Source: Candidatus Falkowbacteria bacterium
Lineage (GTDB): Bacteria > Patescibacteriota > Patescibacteriia > CAIXNZ01
Assembly: GCA_963774955.1 (NCBI GenBank)
Contig: CAVZGV010000004.1
Location: 67,522 to 131,521 of the forward strand
Length of the DNA: 64,000 nucleotides
Direction: 5' to 3'
The stretch's first letter is position 1; each line of letters opens with the position of its first letter. The translations under genes were made by a program, and so were the position numbers. Positions 18,770 to 28,022 of this stretch are shown one piece after another. The notes below the pieces were generated by a model. That model saw only the letters and a program-made list of their open reading frames with translations, was not told where the DNA came from and ran no database searches.

Positions 18770-19405
18770 ATGCCAAAACAAATCATTGCCGTCGGCGGTT
18801 CAGCGGCTAATCCGCCTCACTTGGGGCACTTAGCTTTGATCCAAGCCATGTTACAATCAAAAAAATTTTCCAAAGTAATGTGGATCCCTTCCGGGGTGCG
18901 CCCGGACAAGCCTGACTTCATTGATCCGCAACATCGCCTGGCCATGACTGAACTGACACTGCAATCGATTACAGACAAAAGATTCATTTTGAATCCCAGC
19001 GATGTTTATGGCAAAAACATGCCGACCATCAAATGGATGGAGATTCTCAAGGAACAAAATCCCCAAGCGGAAATTGTCTGGTATACAGGCGTTGATTCTG
19101 TTGTGCCGCAAAAAAAATTCGGCGGCCTATGTAAAATTGAAGCGCGCTGGCAACATGGGGAAAAATTAATTAAGAATTTTAAATTCCTAATTATCCCCCG
19201 CGCCGGTTATCCGCAGCCTTCAACTTTCAAAATTCCTCTTGAGGATTATGAAATCCTGGATGTGGAACTGCCTGACATTGCCAGTTCAAAAATTCGAAAA
19301 CTTGTTCAAGGAGGTAACAGCGATTTTGAAAAACTAGTAACGCCTGAAGTTTCCGCCTATATCAAGGTTAACAAACTTTACGGATGGAAAGGAGAAAAAG
19401 CATGA
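18770..19405 (+). CDS. nadD: nicotinate/nicotinamide mononucleotide adenylyltransferase (NadD-like)
   Basis: GGSAANPPHLGHL (HxGH nucleotidyltransferase motif), about 210 aa. Confidence 0.65.
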   Translation: MPKQIIAVGGSAANPPHLGHLALIQAMLQSKKFSKVMWIPSGVRPDKPDFIDPQHRLAMTELTLQSITDKRFILNPSDVYGKNMPTIKWMEILKEQNPQAEIVWYTGVDSVVPQKKFGGLCKIEARWQHGEKLIKNFKFLIIPRAGYPQPSTFKIPLEDYEILDVELPDIASSKIRKLVQGGNSDFEKLVTPEVSAYIKVNKLYGWKGEKA

Positions 19406-20007
19406 GCAAAGCAGTGATCACTATTGGCGAAAGCGACGCCCTGACCATTGTTGACGGGCAAAATGATTTCATCTTGCAGACCGGAACTCTTTATGTGACC
19501 GGAGTGGAAGGTGAAACCGACAACGAGGAAATCATCAAACGAATCCAGGAACTATGGTCAAAATTTTCAACCTGGAGAACCACGACTGAAGATTTCCATC
19601 CCGAGAATCACGTGGAACACACGATTTTTGGTCCCCATTGCATTGAAGACACCGCCGGCCAGGAATATCATCCTGACCTGATGAAAATATATGAGGACGC
19701 TGATCTAAATCTATATAAAGGCGAAAATCCGGACATTATTGCCTATTCAATTGCAACCAGCCCTGATTTTCATGACCACATTTCCGATTTGCGCCAACAT
19801 GGCATCAAGAGAGTCTTTCTTGTCGGCTGGGCTTTCACCCATTGTGTGGGGGAATCGGCCATTGCCTATGCGACCCAAGGGTTTGAAACCTTTGTCTTCC
19901 GCGATCTGTCCCGGAGCGTTCCTCCGCCCTATGGCGATCCGGATGCAATGACCAAAAAGCTGGAACTCTACGGGGTCAAGCTGATCACGTCTGACCAAAT
20001 CGCTTAA
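19402..20007 (+). CDS. pncA: nicotinamidase PncA (isochorismatase family)
   Basis: LTIVDGQNDF, GPHCIEDTAGQEY, catalytic Cys in LVGWAFTHCVGESAI; ATG 19402 overlaps nadD stop. Confidence 0.7.
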   Translation: MSKAVITIGESDALTIVDGQNDFILQTGTLYVTGVEGETDNEEIIKRIQELWSKFSTWRTTTEDFHPENHVEHTIFGPHCIEDTAGQEYHPDLMKIYEDADLNLYKGENPDIIAYSIATSPDFHDHISDLRQHGIKRVFLVGWAFTHCVGESAIAYATQGFETFVFRDLSRSVPPPYGDPDAMTKKLELYGVKLITSDQIA

Positions 20008-20232
20008 ACACTCAGGGTGAGTCCGATTAATTTCGGACTTACCCTTTAGAAAAATGTAACTAACCGCGTTGTCATGGTGAGTCCTTCGACAAAGCTCAGG
20101 ACAAGCATAACGAGTTTATGGTGAGCCAAGCCGAACCAAACCATGACATTACCCCCGCTCATTTGGTTCCATTTTTCTTCTCTCAAACAGGTTGAGAGAG
20201 AAAGTTCTTTCGAAAAACAAAGGAGAAATAAG

Positions 20233-21165
20233 ATGAAGACTCATAACTATCTCTGGCATGCCTTTGGAATGAACGGGAAAATTCTTAATTGGTGGCCTGC
20301 AGAAAAGAGTAAATTTTCAGCGCCACAAGTTGAACTGGACATTTCTGACATTCAATCCCAGCTTTTTGAGAAGGTGGGTGAGTGGGTAGGAGTTAAGGAA
20401 TCTGAAAATCTTGAAGATGAAGAAATGATCACCCAGCATGTGCTTGAAACTTACCAAGCCTGGGGCAAATTCGGACCTTATGGTGATTTAATCCAAATCT
20501 CCTATGATAGAGACCAGCGCAGAGCGCATATCGATTTCATCGGCCGCCTGGCCTTCCCCAAACCAGCCCTGGCTGCTGACCTGCTTCCGATCATTCGTGA
20601 CGCTGCAGGAAATTTGTTCTTCATCGGCATCACCAGAAAAAAAGAGCCTGGAATCGGCAAACCCGCCTTGATCGGCGGACATCTCGACATCAAAGGCTAT
20701 CATCTAGAAACCGCAGCCGAAGCCCTGATTCACGAAGCCAAAGACGAAGTCGGGCTTAAAATTACAGTAATGAAGCAACATGCGCGCGAAATAAAAACCA
20801 AGCCCTATATGCCCAGGATTCCTGTTTCAGTCGGCTTGAAGGGCTATCCCAAACTGCCAAGCGAACTGCTTCTGGTCGGAACTTTTGAAACCTCGGCCGA
20901 AGAAAAGCTGCTGCATCTGGGTACAAGGCGAGTTTCCCAAACCACAGCTTACACCATGATCATCGACATCCGTGATCGAATATTAACTCCAGATGATGTC
21001 GCTAAGCTGTTTTCCGCCGGAGATGATGCAGCCAGCATCTTTGTTCATCAAATCACAAAAAATCACTGGCTATTCGATTTATTCAATCGCGCCATCTATC
21101 ATCATCAAACGATTTATGTGGCAGCACTGTCACAACTCCGCCGAGAGAGCATAATCAACATCTAA
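20233..21165 (+). CDS. hypothetical protein with degenerate Nudix-like box
   Basis: ETAAEALIHEAKDEVGL resembles Ex7REUxEExGU; AAAGGAG RBS. Confidence 0.4.
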   Translation: MKTHNYLWHAFGMNGKILNWWPAEKSKFSAPQVELDISDIQSQLFEKVGEWVGVKESENLEDEEMITQHVLETYQAWGKFGPYGDLIQISYDRDQRRAHIDFIGRLAFPKPALAADLLPIIRDAAGNLFFIGITRKKEPGIGKPALIGGHLDIKGYHLETAAEALIHEAKDEVGLKITVMKQHAREIKTKPYMPRIPVSVGLKGYPKLPSELLLVGTFETSAEEKLLHLGTRRVSQTTAYTMIIDIRDRILTPDDVAKLFSAGDDAASIFVHQITKNHWLFDLFNRAIYHHQTIYVAALSQLRRESIINI

Positions 21166-21342
21166 AACCCAGGGTGATTCATCAAAGTTACAAACTGCGA
21201 TGAATCACCCTTAGAAAAATGCACCCAAACGCTTCTGTCATGGTGAGCATAGTCGAACCATGACGGGACATCCGCTGATTTGGTTCCATTTTTCTTATCT
21301 CAAGTATCTTGAGGTAAAAGTTCTTTACAAAGGAGTACCAAG

Positions 21343-22128
21343 ATGAAAAAAATATTTGTACTGGCTAAAAGAGATGACCAGCCTAAATTTGTCAAAGCCA
21401 AAGAAGAAATTATCGACTGGCTGCGCCAAAAAAACTGTCTGGTTACTGAAACCAAACAAGCTGAACTTATTTTGGTCTTGGGAGGTGACGGCACCATGCT
21501 CAAAGCGATCAGACAACATGGAGTCAAAGGGATTCCGTTTTGTGGTCTGAATTTCGGCCATAAGGGCTTTTTGCTGAACGAATATAAGCGCGGAGTACTA
21601 ACCCAAATCATGAAAAACAAACTGGAGTACATCACCGCGCCTCTTCTGCAGGCCAAACTATTCAACCGCAACGGCCAGGAACTGGGTTTGATTTATGCTT
21701 TCAATGATATCTACCTGGAACGCAGTACCACCAACACCGCCAAACTGCACATCACTGTCGGACAAAAAATCCGCTTTGATCCCCTGATTGCTGATGGTGT
21801 GATTGTTTCCAGCGCAGCGGGCTCTACTAGCTACAACGCCTCAGCCGGCGGCGTAGTTGTGCCGATTGAAACCAACAGTCTGATTTTGACGGGAATTTGT
21901 CCGGCCATTTTCCACCAGTGGAAAAGCAGCCAATTGGCGGCTGACAGCACCATTACCATCACAGCCACGGAACTGGACAAGCGTCCGGTTCGTCTGGTTG
22001 CCGACGGTGAAGAAGTGAAAAACGCAGTCAAGGCTGTCATTTCCTATTCGGACCAAAAAGTCCGGATCGCTTTTGTCACCACCCAGGATTTCCGGAGCAA
22101 AGTTCTTAACCTGCAATTTCCTGAATAA
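21343..22128 (+). CDS. nadK: NAD kinase
   Basis: LVLGGDGTML (GGDG), NDIYLER, 261 aa. Confidence 0.8.
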   Translation: MKKIFVLAKRDDQPKFVKAKEEIIDWLRQKNCLVTETKQAELILVLGGDGTMLKAIRQHGVKGIPFCGLNFGHKGFLLNEYKRGVLTQIMKNKLEYITAPLLQAKLFNRNGQELGLIYAFNDIYLERSTTNTAKLHITVGQKIRFDPLIADGVIVSSAAGSTSYNASAGGVVVPIETNSLILTGICPAIFHQWKSSQLAADSTITITATELDKRPVRLVADGEEVKNAVKAVISYSDQKVRIAFVTTQDFRSKVLNLQFPE

Positions 22129-22140
22129 AGGAGGCTACAA

Positions 22141-23376
22141 ATGGCTATCATCTCTTCCCTGCTGGACACTGACTTTTACAAGTTCACCATGGGTCAACTG
22201 GCTTTTCTCTTTTATCCGGACATCGAGGTGGAATACACCTTCAAGTGTCGGAATAAGAATTTCCGGCTGGCTGACTTTATCAACCAGGATCGGCTCCGCG
22301 AGGAACTGATCGCCACCAGAGCCCTCAAGTTCAAGCACAGCGAGTTGCACTACCTGCGCGGCACCAATGAATATGCGGAACGCATGTTCAGCGAACCCTG
22401 GCTGGAGTTCCTGAAAAAAATGGACATGCCTGAATTTGAACTCCTGTCTGTCCAAGACGGCAACATTGTCTTGAGCTTCCGCGGTAAATGGCCCGAAGCC
22501 ATTTACTGGGAAACTCTGGCCCTGTCCATCATCAATGAGCTTTATTATGAAGCTCTGATGAAAAACATGACTGCTTTCAAAAAAGACGTCATTCTCAGCC
22601 AAGGCAAAATCCGGCTGGACGAAAAGATCAAAATGCTCAAAACCAGACCTGATGTTACTTTCATCGAGTTCGGCACCAGACGCAGATTTTCCCGGGACTG
22701 GCAGGACTATGTGGTTCAGGCTCTCAAGTCTGAACTTAAGCCTAGCCAGTTCCTCGGAACATCCAACACCTACCTGGCCATGAAGCATGACCTGATTCCC
22801 ATGGGCACTTCGGCTCACGAAGTGTACATGGCCTATTCCGGCATTTATCATGGCAGCGACGAGGAAATCCTCGCATCCCACAACAAGTCTCTGCAGGAAT
22901 GGTGGGATCTGTACGGCTTCGGCTTATCCGTTGCCCTGACAGATACTTACGGCTCGGACTTTTTCTTCCGCGACATGACAGAAGAGCAAGCCCGCAAATG
23001 GAAAGGCCTGCGTCAGGATTCCGGCGATCCTATCGTCTTTGGTGAAAAAGCCATCAAGTTCTACGAGAACTATGGCATTGATCCCAAGACCAAGCTGCTC
23101 ATCTTTTCCGATGGCCTGGATATCCAGACGATTTTCAAGATTGCTGATCACTTCAAGGACCTGATCAAGGTGTCCTTTGGCTGGGGCACGAACCTCACCA
23201 ACGACTTAGGCCTCAAGCCTTTGTCCATGGTCATCAAGCTGACCAAATCCAACGGCCATGGCACAGTCAAACTTTCCGACAATCTGGCCAAAGCCATGGG
23301 CTCTGACTATGATGTCGAACGTTTCAAACGCATCTTCGGCCACACCGTGACCGACAGAATTGATACGAAATACTAA
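22141..23376 (+). CDS. pncB: nicotinate phosphoribosyltransferase
   Basis: N-terminal SLLDTDFYKFTMGQ signature of PncB family, 411 aa. Confidence 0.75.
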   Translation: MAIISSLLDTDFYKFTMGQLAFLFYPDIEVEYTFKCRNKNFRLADFINQDRLREELIATRALKFKHSELHYLRGTNEYAERMFSEPWLEFLKKMDMPEFELLSVQDGNIVLSFRGKWPEAIYWETLALSIINELYYEALMKNMTAFKKDVILSQGKIRLDEKIKMLKTRPDVTFIEFGTRRRFSRDWQDYVVQALKSELKPSQFLGTSNTYLAMKHDLIPMGTSAHEVYMAYSGIYHGSDEEILASHNKSLQEWWDLYGFGLSVALTDTYGSDFFFRDMTEEQARKWKGLRQDSGDPIVFGEKAIKFYENYGIDPKTKLLIFSDGLDIQTIFKIADHFKDLIKVSFGWGTNLTNDLGLKPLSMVIKLTKSNGHGTVKLSDNLAKAMGSDYDVERFKRIFGHTVTDRIDTKY

Positions 23377-23424
23377 AAACCTGGCCCTCCGTATTTCATC
23401 AACGTTAGCGAACTTCGGAGGGCC

Positions 23425-23504
23425 CTCTACTCAAATTATTTTTAGGTGAACCAAAATCCAGAATCTATAATCTAGAATCTAGAATCCAAAAAAATAATTT
23501 AGGC
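23425..23504. repeat. intergenic inverted-repeat module, family A copy 1
   Basis: CTACTCAAATTATTTTTAGG ... (AATCTAGA)n ... AAAAAATAATTTAGG; preceded by terminator hairpin 23383-23424. Confidence 0.8.
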
Positions 23505-23542
23505 GGAGAAAGTTCTTTTCAAAAAAACAAAAGGAGAAAATC

Positions 23543-24694
23543 ATGCAAGTAGTTTACGCAGGTGAAAAAATTCCAACCAGCTGGAAAAAATCCATTTTCC
23601 TGGCTGGCCCAACTCCCCGAGACAAAAATGTTGTCTCATGGAGACCTGAAGCTTTGGCCATCTTACAGGCCAAAGGTTATGATGGCGTAATTTTCGCTCC
23701 GGAAAATCGGGACGGTCAGTCCAGACCCAATTATAATGACCAAGTCGAATGGGAAAACGAAGGACTTAACCGCACCGATGTTATTTTGTTCTGGGTACCG
23801 CGGGAACTGAAAACCATGCCCGCCTTTACCACTAATGTGGAATTCGGCGAATGGTTCAAATCCGGCAAAATCGTTTTGGGCTTTCCCCAGGACGCGCCCA
23901 ACATGAGATATCTGGAAAGCAAGGCCAAAGCTTTCAACGTTTCCTGCGCAGATACGCTGGAGGCAACGATTGATCTGGCCTTGAACATGCTCGGCGCCGG
24001 CGCGGATAGAAATAACGGAGAAACCTATGTGCCTTTACACATCTGGCAGACACCGGCTTTCCAAAACTGGTACCAGAATCTCAAAGCAGCCGGTAACCGG
24101 CTGGACTCAGCTCGAGTCGAGTGGGTTTTCCGCGTTGGTCCCAAGAAAAACTTTGTTTTTCTCTGGGTCCTGTATGTTGATGTTTTCATTACCAAGGAAA
24201 ACCGCCACAAAACCAACGAAGTCATTCTGGCTCGCCCGGACATTGCCACCATCCTGATGTACAAACCCGCAAAAATTTTGCTGGAAACTGAGATTGTCCT
24301 GATCCGGGAATTTCGCAGTCCGGTTTCCAACTCTGACGGCTATGTCTGGGAAATCCCCGGCGGTTCATCTTTCAAACCGAAAGAAGATCCCAACAAACTC
24401 GCAGCGCATGAAGCTTTTGAAGAAACCGGGATGGAAATTCTAGCCGAACGTTTCAAAGCAATCGATGCCAGGCAACTCTGCGCCACACTGTCCACTCACA
24501 AGGCTCATCTGTTTGCCGTGGAAGTAACCGATGATGAAATCAATTGGTTACGCCAGCAGCAAGGAGTTGCTCACGGCGTAATCGAAGACACGGAACGCAC
24601 TTACGTGGAAATAAAAACCCTTCAAGAAATTCTGGCTCAGAATCTGGTTGACTGGAGCATACTCGGCATGATCCTCTCAGTCTTAATAAAATAA
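23543..24694 (+). CDS. fusion of nucleoside 2-deoxyribosyltransferase-like domain and NUDIX hydrolase
   Basis: KSIFLAGP Rossmann-like N-terminus; C-terminal Nudix box GGSSFKPKEDPNKLAAHEAFEETGM. Confidence 0.55.
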   Translation: MQVVYAGEKIPTSWKKSIFLAGPTPRDKNVVSWRPEALAILQAKGYDGVIFAPENRDGQSRPNYNDQVEWENEGLNRTDVILFWVPRELKTMPAFTTNVEFGEWFKSGKIVLGFPQDAPNMRYLESKAKAFNVSCADTLEATIDLALNMLGAGADRNNGETYVPLHIWQTPAFQNWYQNLKAAGNRLDSARVEWVFRVGPKKNFVFLWVLYVDVFITKENRHKTNEVILARPDIATILMYKPAKILLETEIVLIREFRSPVSNSDGYVWEIPGGSSFKPKEDPNKLAAHEAFEETGMEILAERFKAIDARQLCATLSTHKAHLFAVEVTDDEINWLRQQQGVAHGVIEDTERTYVEIKTLQEILAQNLVDWSILGMILSVLIK

Positions 24695-24737
24695 ACTCTT
24701 TAGGCCCAGTACCGAGCTTTGCTCTGGTGCTGGGCTA

Positions 24738-24813
24738 TCTACTCAAATTATTTTTGTTAATCAAAATCTAAAATCCATAATCTAGAATCTATTATCTACA
24801 AAAATAATTTAAG
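24738..24813. repeat. intergenic inverted-repeat module, family A copy 2
   Basis: CTACTCAAATTATTTTTG ... AATCTA repeats ... CAAAAATAATTTAAG; terminator hairpin 24703-24735. Confidence 0.8.
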
Positions 24814-24861
24814 TAGGGATAGTTCCTTAAATTTTAAAGAAACACAAAAGGAGAAATAAAG

Positions 24862-25680
24862 ATGACCATGCCGAGAGATTTAATTTTGGTTCGCCACGGA
24901 CAGTCCGAAGGCAACCTGGTAATTATGCAATTGGAAAAGCAAGGACTGCCAGTGCCGGATGAATATTACCGCAAGCACACAGCTCACTGGCGTCTGACCA
25001 GCAAAGGAGTACAGCAGGCGGAAATAGCAGGACAATGGCTGCGGCAGAACTTGGTTACCGAATTTGACCGCTACTATGTTTCTGACTATGTCAGGGCCAA
25101 AGAAACAGCCGCCTTACTCGGGCTGAAACAGGCTTCCTGGGGCATCAACATTTACCTTGGCGAACGCAACTGGGGTATTATGGATCGATATACTGAAGAA
25201 GAAAGAAACAAAATCTTTGAGATTGATTTAGTAACCAAGAAGATCCACCCCTTTTACTGGACCCCGCCCCGCGGCGAATCCATGGTTCAGCTGTGCCTGC
25301 GTCTGGAAAAAGTCCTGGAAACTCTGCATCGCGAATGCGCTGATGGCCGGGTTATTCTAGTCTGTCACGGCGAGGTAATGTGGGGCTTTCGGATCATTCT
25401 GGAAAGAATTCCTCCGGACAAATACGTGAAACTTGATGAATCCAAAAATCCTTTTGACAGGATTCACAACTGCCAAATTCTGCACTACTCGAGAAAAAAT
25501 CCCGGCACTGGTCAGCTTTCTGACCATCTCGACTGGATGAGGTCTCTTTGTCCGACGGATCTGAGTTTATCTGCCAATGCCTGGCAAGAAATTAGCCGAC
25601 CGCGGTTTACCAACGAACAGCTGCTGAAACATGCAGCCAAATTTCCTCGGGTAATCGATAATCAGGAGGAAAAATCATGA
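24862..25680 (+). CDS. histidine phosphatase superfamily (phosphoglycerate mutase-like) protein
   Basis: LILVRHGQSEGN (RHG motif). Confidence 0.7.
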   Translation: MTMPRDLILVRHGQSEGNLVIMQLEKQGLPVPDEYYRKHTAHWRLTSKGVQQAEIAGQWLRQNLVTEFDRYYVSDYVRAKETAALLGLKQASWGINIYLGERNWGIMDRYTEEERNKIFEIDLVTKKIHPFYWTPPRGESMVQLCLRLEKVLETLHRECADGRVILVCHGEVMWGFRIILERIPPDKYVKLDESKNPFDRIHNCQILHYSRKNPGTGQLSDHLDWMRSLCPTDLSLSANAWQEISRPRFTNEQLLKHAAKFPRVIDNQEEKS

Positions 25681-26639
25681 TTGACAAAATCGCTCACGGC
25701 CAGGGCCAGATGAGAGCCCAGTCTTTTTCCATTCAGGTTTCTGACCGGGAAAAATGCAATGCGGGCTGCAAATTTTGCATCTCGCGCACCACGCCCGGAG
25801 ATTCCCAAAGAATTCTGATTCCAAAGATGCAAGAGACAAAACCCAAGCTCTGCGACTTTGACCGCCTTAAAATCGGCCTGAATTATGCCAGAAGTCTGGG
25901 TGCAACTCATGCTATCCTGACTGGCAAGGCTGATCCGCTTCAGGAGCCGACCGAAGAGCTGTGCAAATTGCTTCAGCTCTGCCGGGAATATCTGCCGCTC
26001 GCGGATATGCACACTAATGGATTACTCCTCCATCCTGAATTCAATAGAGGAAATGACCTGACCCAGCTCAAACAAGCGGGTTTAACCATGATCACTATTT
26101 CTCTGGCATCCTTCAACGAGCAGCAGAACTTTGAACTGATGCGCATCAAAAAAAGCGCCGCTGACCTGATTAAACAAGCAGCGGATCTTGGCCTGCTGGT
26201 GCGCTGCTCCCTGGTCGTCAATGCTCAGGGAGTCGCTGATGTGGCAGGCGTGATTGATTATTGCAGACAAGCCGGTGAGCTCGGCGCTCATATGGTCGTG
26301 GTTCGCGAAGTCTGGGTGCCTGAAATCTATGGCGAGCGCAACCTGGGAGTCTACGATTGGAACAAAACCAATAAGATCAACATCAAGCCGATCCAGGACC
26401 ATTTCATTGAAATTTGCCATAAGAAAAATGATTTTGGCCTATGCCAACTTGATCCTTTGCCATGGGGCACTCCGGTCTTTGGCATGGCCGGTGTCTTTAC
26501 CAATCAAGATCACGGGGTAAACATCACCTTTGCCTGTTGTGACGAAGGCACCACCGGTTCGGTCATCAAGTCTATCGTGCACAAACCCAACGGCCACGGT
26601 TACGGTAATTGGGATCATGGTGGTCGTATCCTTTATTAA
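25677..26639 (+). CDS. radical SAM enzyme of unknown specificity
   Basis: CNAGCKFC (Cx3Cx2C); AGGAGG RBS; ATGA overlap with upstream gene. Confidence 0.6.
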   Translation: MIDKIAHGQGQMRAQSFSIQVSDREKCNAGCKFCISRTTPGDSQRILIPKMQETKPKLCDFDRLKIGLNYARSLGATHAILTGKADPLQEPTEELCKLLQLCREYLPLADMHTNGLLLHPEFNRGNDLTQLKQAGLTMITISLASFNEQQNFELMRIKKSAADLIKQAADLGLLVRCSLVVNAQGVADVAGVIDYCRQAGELGAHMVVVREVWVPEIYGERNLGVYDWNKTNKINIKPIQDHFIEICHKKNDFGLCQLDPLPWGTPVFGMAGVFTNQDHGVNITFACCDEGTTGSVIKSIVHKPNGHGYGNWDHGGRILY

Positions 26640-26676
26640 ATTTTTAGGGCGAATCCCGCGACGCAGGATTCGCCCC

Positions 26677-26778
26677 TCTACTCAAATTATTTTTAGGTAA
26701 TCAAAATCTAGAATCTATGCCGCGTAGCGGCATCCCGCTTCGCGGGAAAACCTAAAATCTAACTAAAAATAATTTAGG
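26677..26778. repeat. intergenic inverted-repeat module, family A copy 3 (with extra GC hairpins in the centre)
   Basis: CTACTCAAATTATTTTTAGG ... gccgcgtagcggc / cccgcttcgcggg ... CTAAAAATAATTTAGG. Confidence 0.8.
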
Positions 26779-26851
26779 CGGAGACAGTTCTTTTCAAAAA
26801 CATTTAACCAAGTCGCCGTCGCTAAAGCTATGGCGACTAAAGGAGAAAAAA

Positions 26852-27859
26852 ATGAGCAGAGACAAAGTAAGAGCCATGTTTTTGGGAGTGGCCATCGGCG
26901 ATGCCCTGGGCATGCCAGTGGAAACAAAAAACTTTTTGGAAATCGAAACTGAGCATGGCCGCGTAACAGATTATCTGGATCCCGGTAACCATAAATGGTT
27001 CAAAGGGTTTCAGCGCGGACAATGGACTGATGATACCCAAGCCACCTTGGCTGTGCTCACATCCCTGATTATTCAAGGCAAAATTGACTTGGCTGATATG
27101 GCTCAGAGACAGATAGACACAATGAACGAATGTTCAAAGGGCTGGGGACGCAGCACCAAAAACTCTCTTCGTGCAGTTGAACGCGGGGTTCACTGGCTGA
27201 AATCAGGTAATCCCCAGGGAGCCGGCAATGGCGTGGCCATGAAAATCGCGCCGCTGGCAGCCTATCTGGCCGCTCCCAATACCGATCATGCCATTGCCGA
27301 AAATGTTGCCGAACTGGCACTGATGACCCATCAGACTGACATGGCGGTACTTTCCGGCTTTGTCCAAATGCACGCTTTGTCATATTGCCTCAATTGCGTC
27401 GACGAAAATCGCCCTTTTTCCGCCGAAGGTCTGTTACAGTATGTTCTGCGCTACGGCAAAGCAGTCAAAGTCATGCTGCGCGAAAAAAAATATCAGCTGA
27501 CCTATCTGCAGGAGGATTTCCTCGGCCGCTTTGCCGCAATGATGTGTCTGTTTGATGAATTCAAGCAGATGACACCGGCCAAATTGGCCGAATGTTACGG
27601 CGGCGCTGACTGCTATGTTTACAATTCGCTGCCATTCACCATTGCCATGTTCCTGCGCAATCCGCATTCCATTGAAACTCTTTACGACACGGTCAATGCC
27701 GGCGGCGACACAGATACCAATGGTTCCATGGTCGCTGCTCTGCTCGGCAGCCTTAACGGCACCAAGATTTTCCCAGCGCATCTGATTGACGGCCTGTGGC
27801 AGAAAGACCGGATTCTCCAGGTCGCCAATGACTTCTGCGACCGTTTCCAAATCAAATAA
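26852..27859 (+). CDS. ADP-ribosylglycohydrolase (ARH/DraG family)
   Basis: AIGDALGMPVE and AGGDTDTNGSMVAALLGS signatures. Confidence 0.8.
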   Translation: MSRDKVRAMFLGVAIGDALGMPVETKNFLEIETEHGRVTDYLDPGNHKWFKGFQRGQWTDDTQATLAVLTSLIIQGKIDLADMAQRQIDTMNECSKGWGRSTKNSLRAVERGVHWLKSGNPQGAGNGVAMKIAPLAAYLAAPNTDHAIAENVAELALMTHQTDMAVLSGFVQMHALSYCLNCVDENRPFSAEGLLQYVLRYGKAVKVMLREKKYQLTYLQEDFLGRFAAMMCLFDEFKQMTPAKLAECYGGADCYVYNSLPFTIAMFLRNPHSIETLYDTVNAGGDTDTNGSMVAALLGSLNGTKIFPAHLIDGLWQKDRILQVANDFCDRFQIK

Positions 27860-27900
27860 ACTCCCGAGGCGTGAATTCCTAAATTCAGGAGTTCACGCCT

Positions 27901-27973
27901 CCTAACTCAAATTATTGTTCCGCCCAAAAATCTAAAATCTAGAACCTAAAATCCAACAATAATTTAAGTTAGG
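27901..27973. repeat. intergenic inverted-repeat module, family A copy 4
   Basis: CCTAACTCAAATTATTGTT ... AACAATAATTTAAGTTAGG (19-bp inverted repeat) flanking AATCTA repeats; terminator 27866-27901. Confidence 0.8.
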
Positions 27974-28022
27974 AGGGAAAGTCCCTTAACAATTTTAAAA
28001 AATACCAATAGGAGGTTTTCAG

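Noticed and set aside
23425-28022. Family A intergenic repeats as a CRISPR array
   Set aside because: Units are 80-140 bp apart from each other by whole genes (0.9-1.3 kb), are imperfect inverted repeats rather than short direct repeats with unique spacers, and there are no cas genes.
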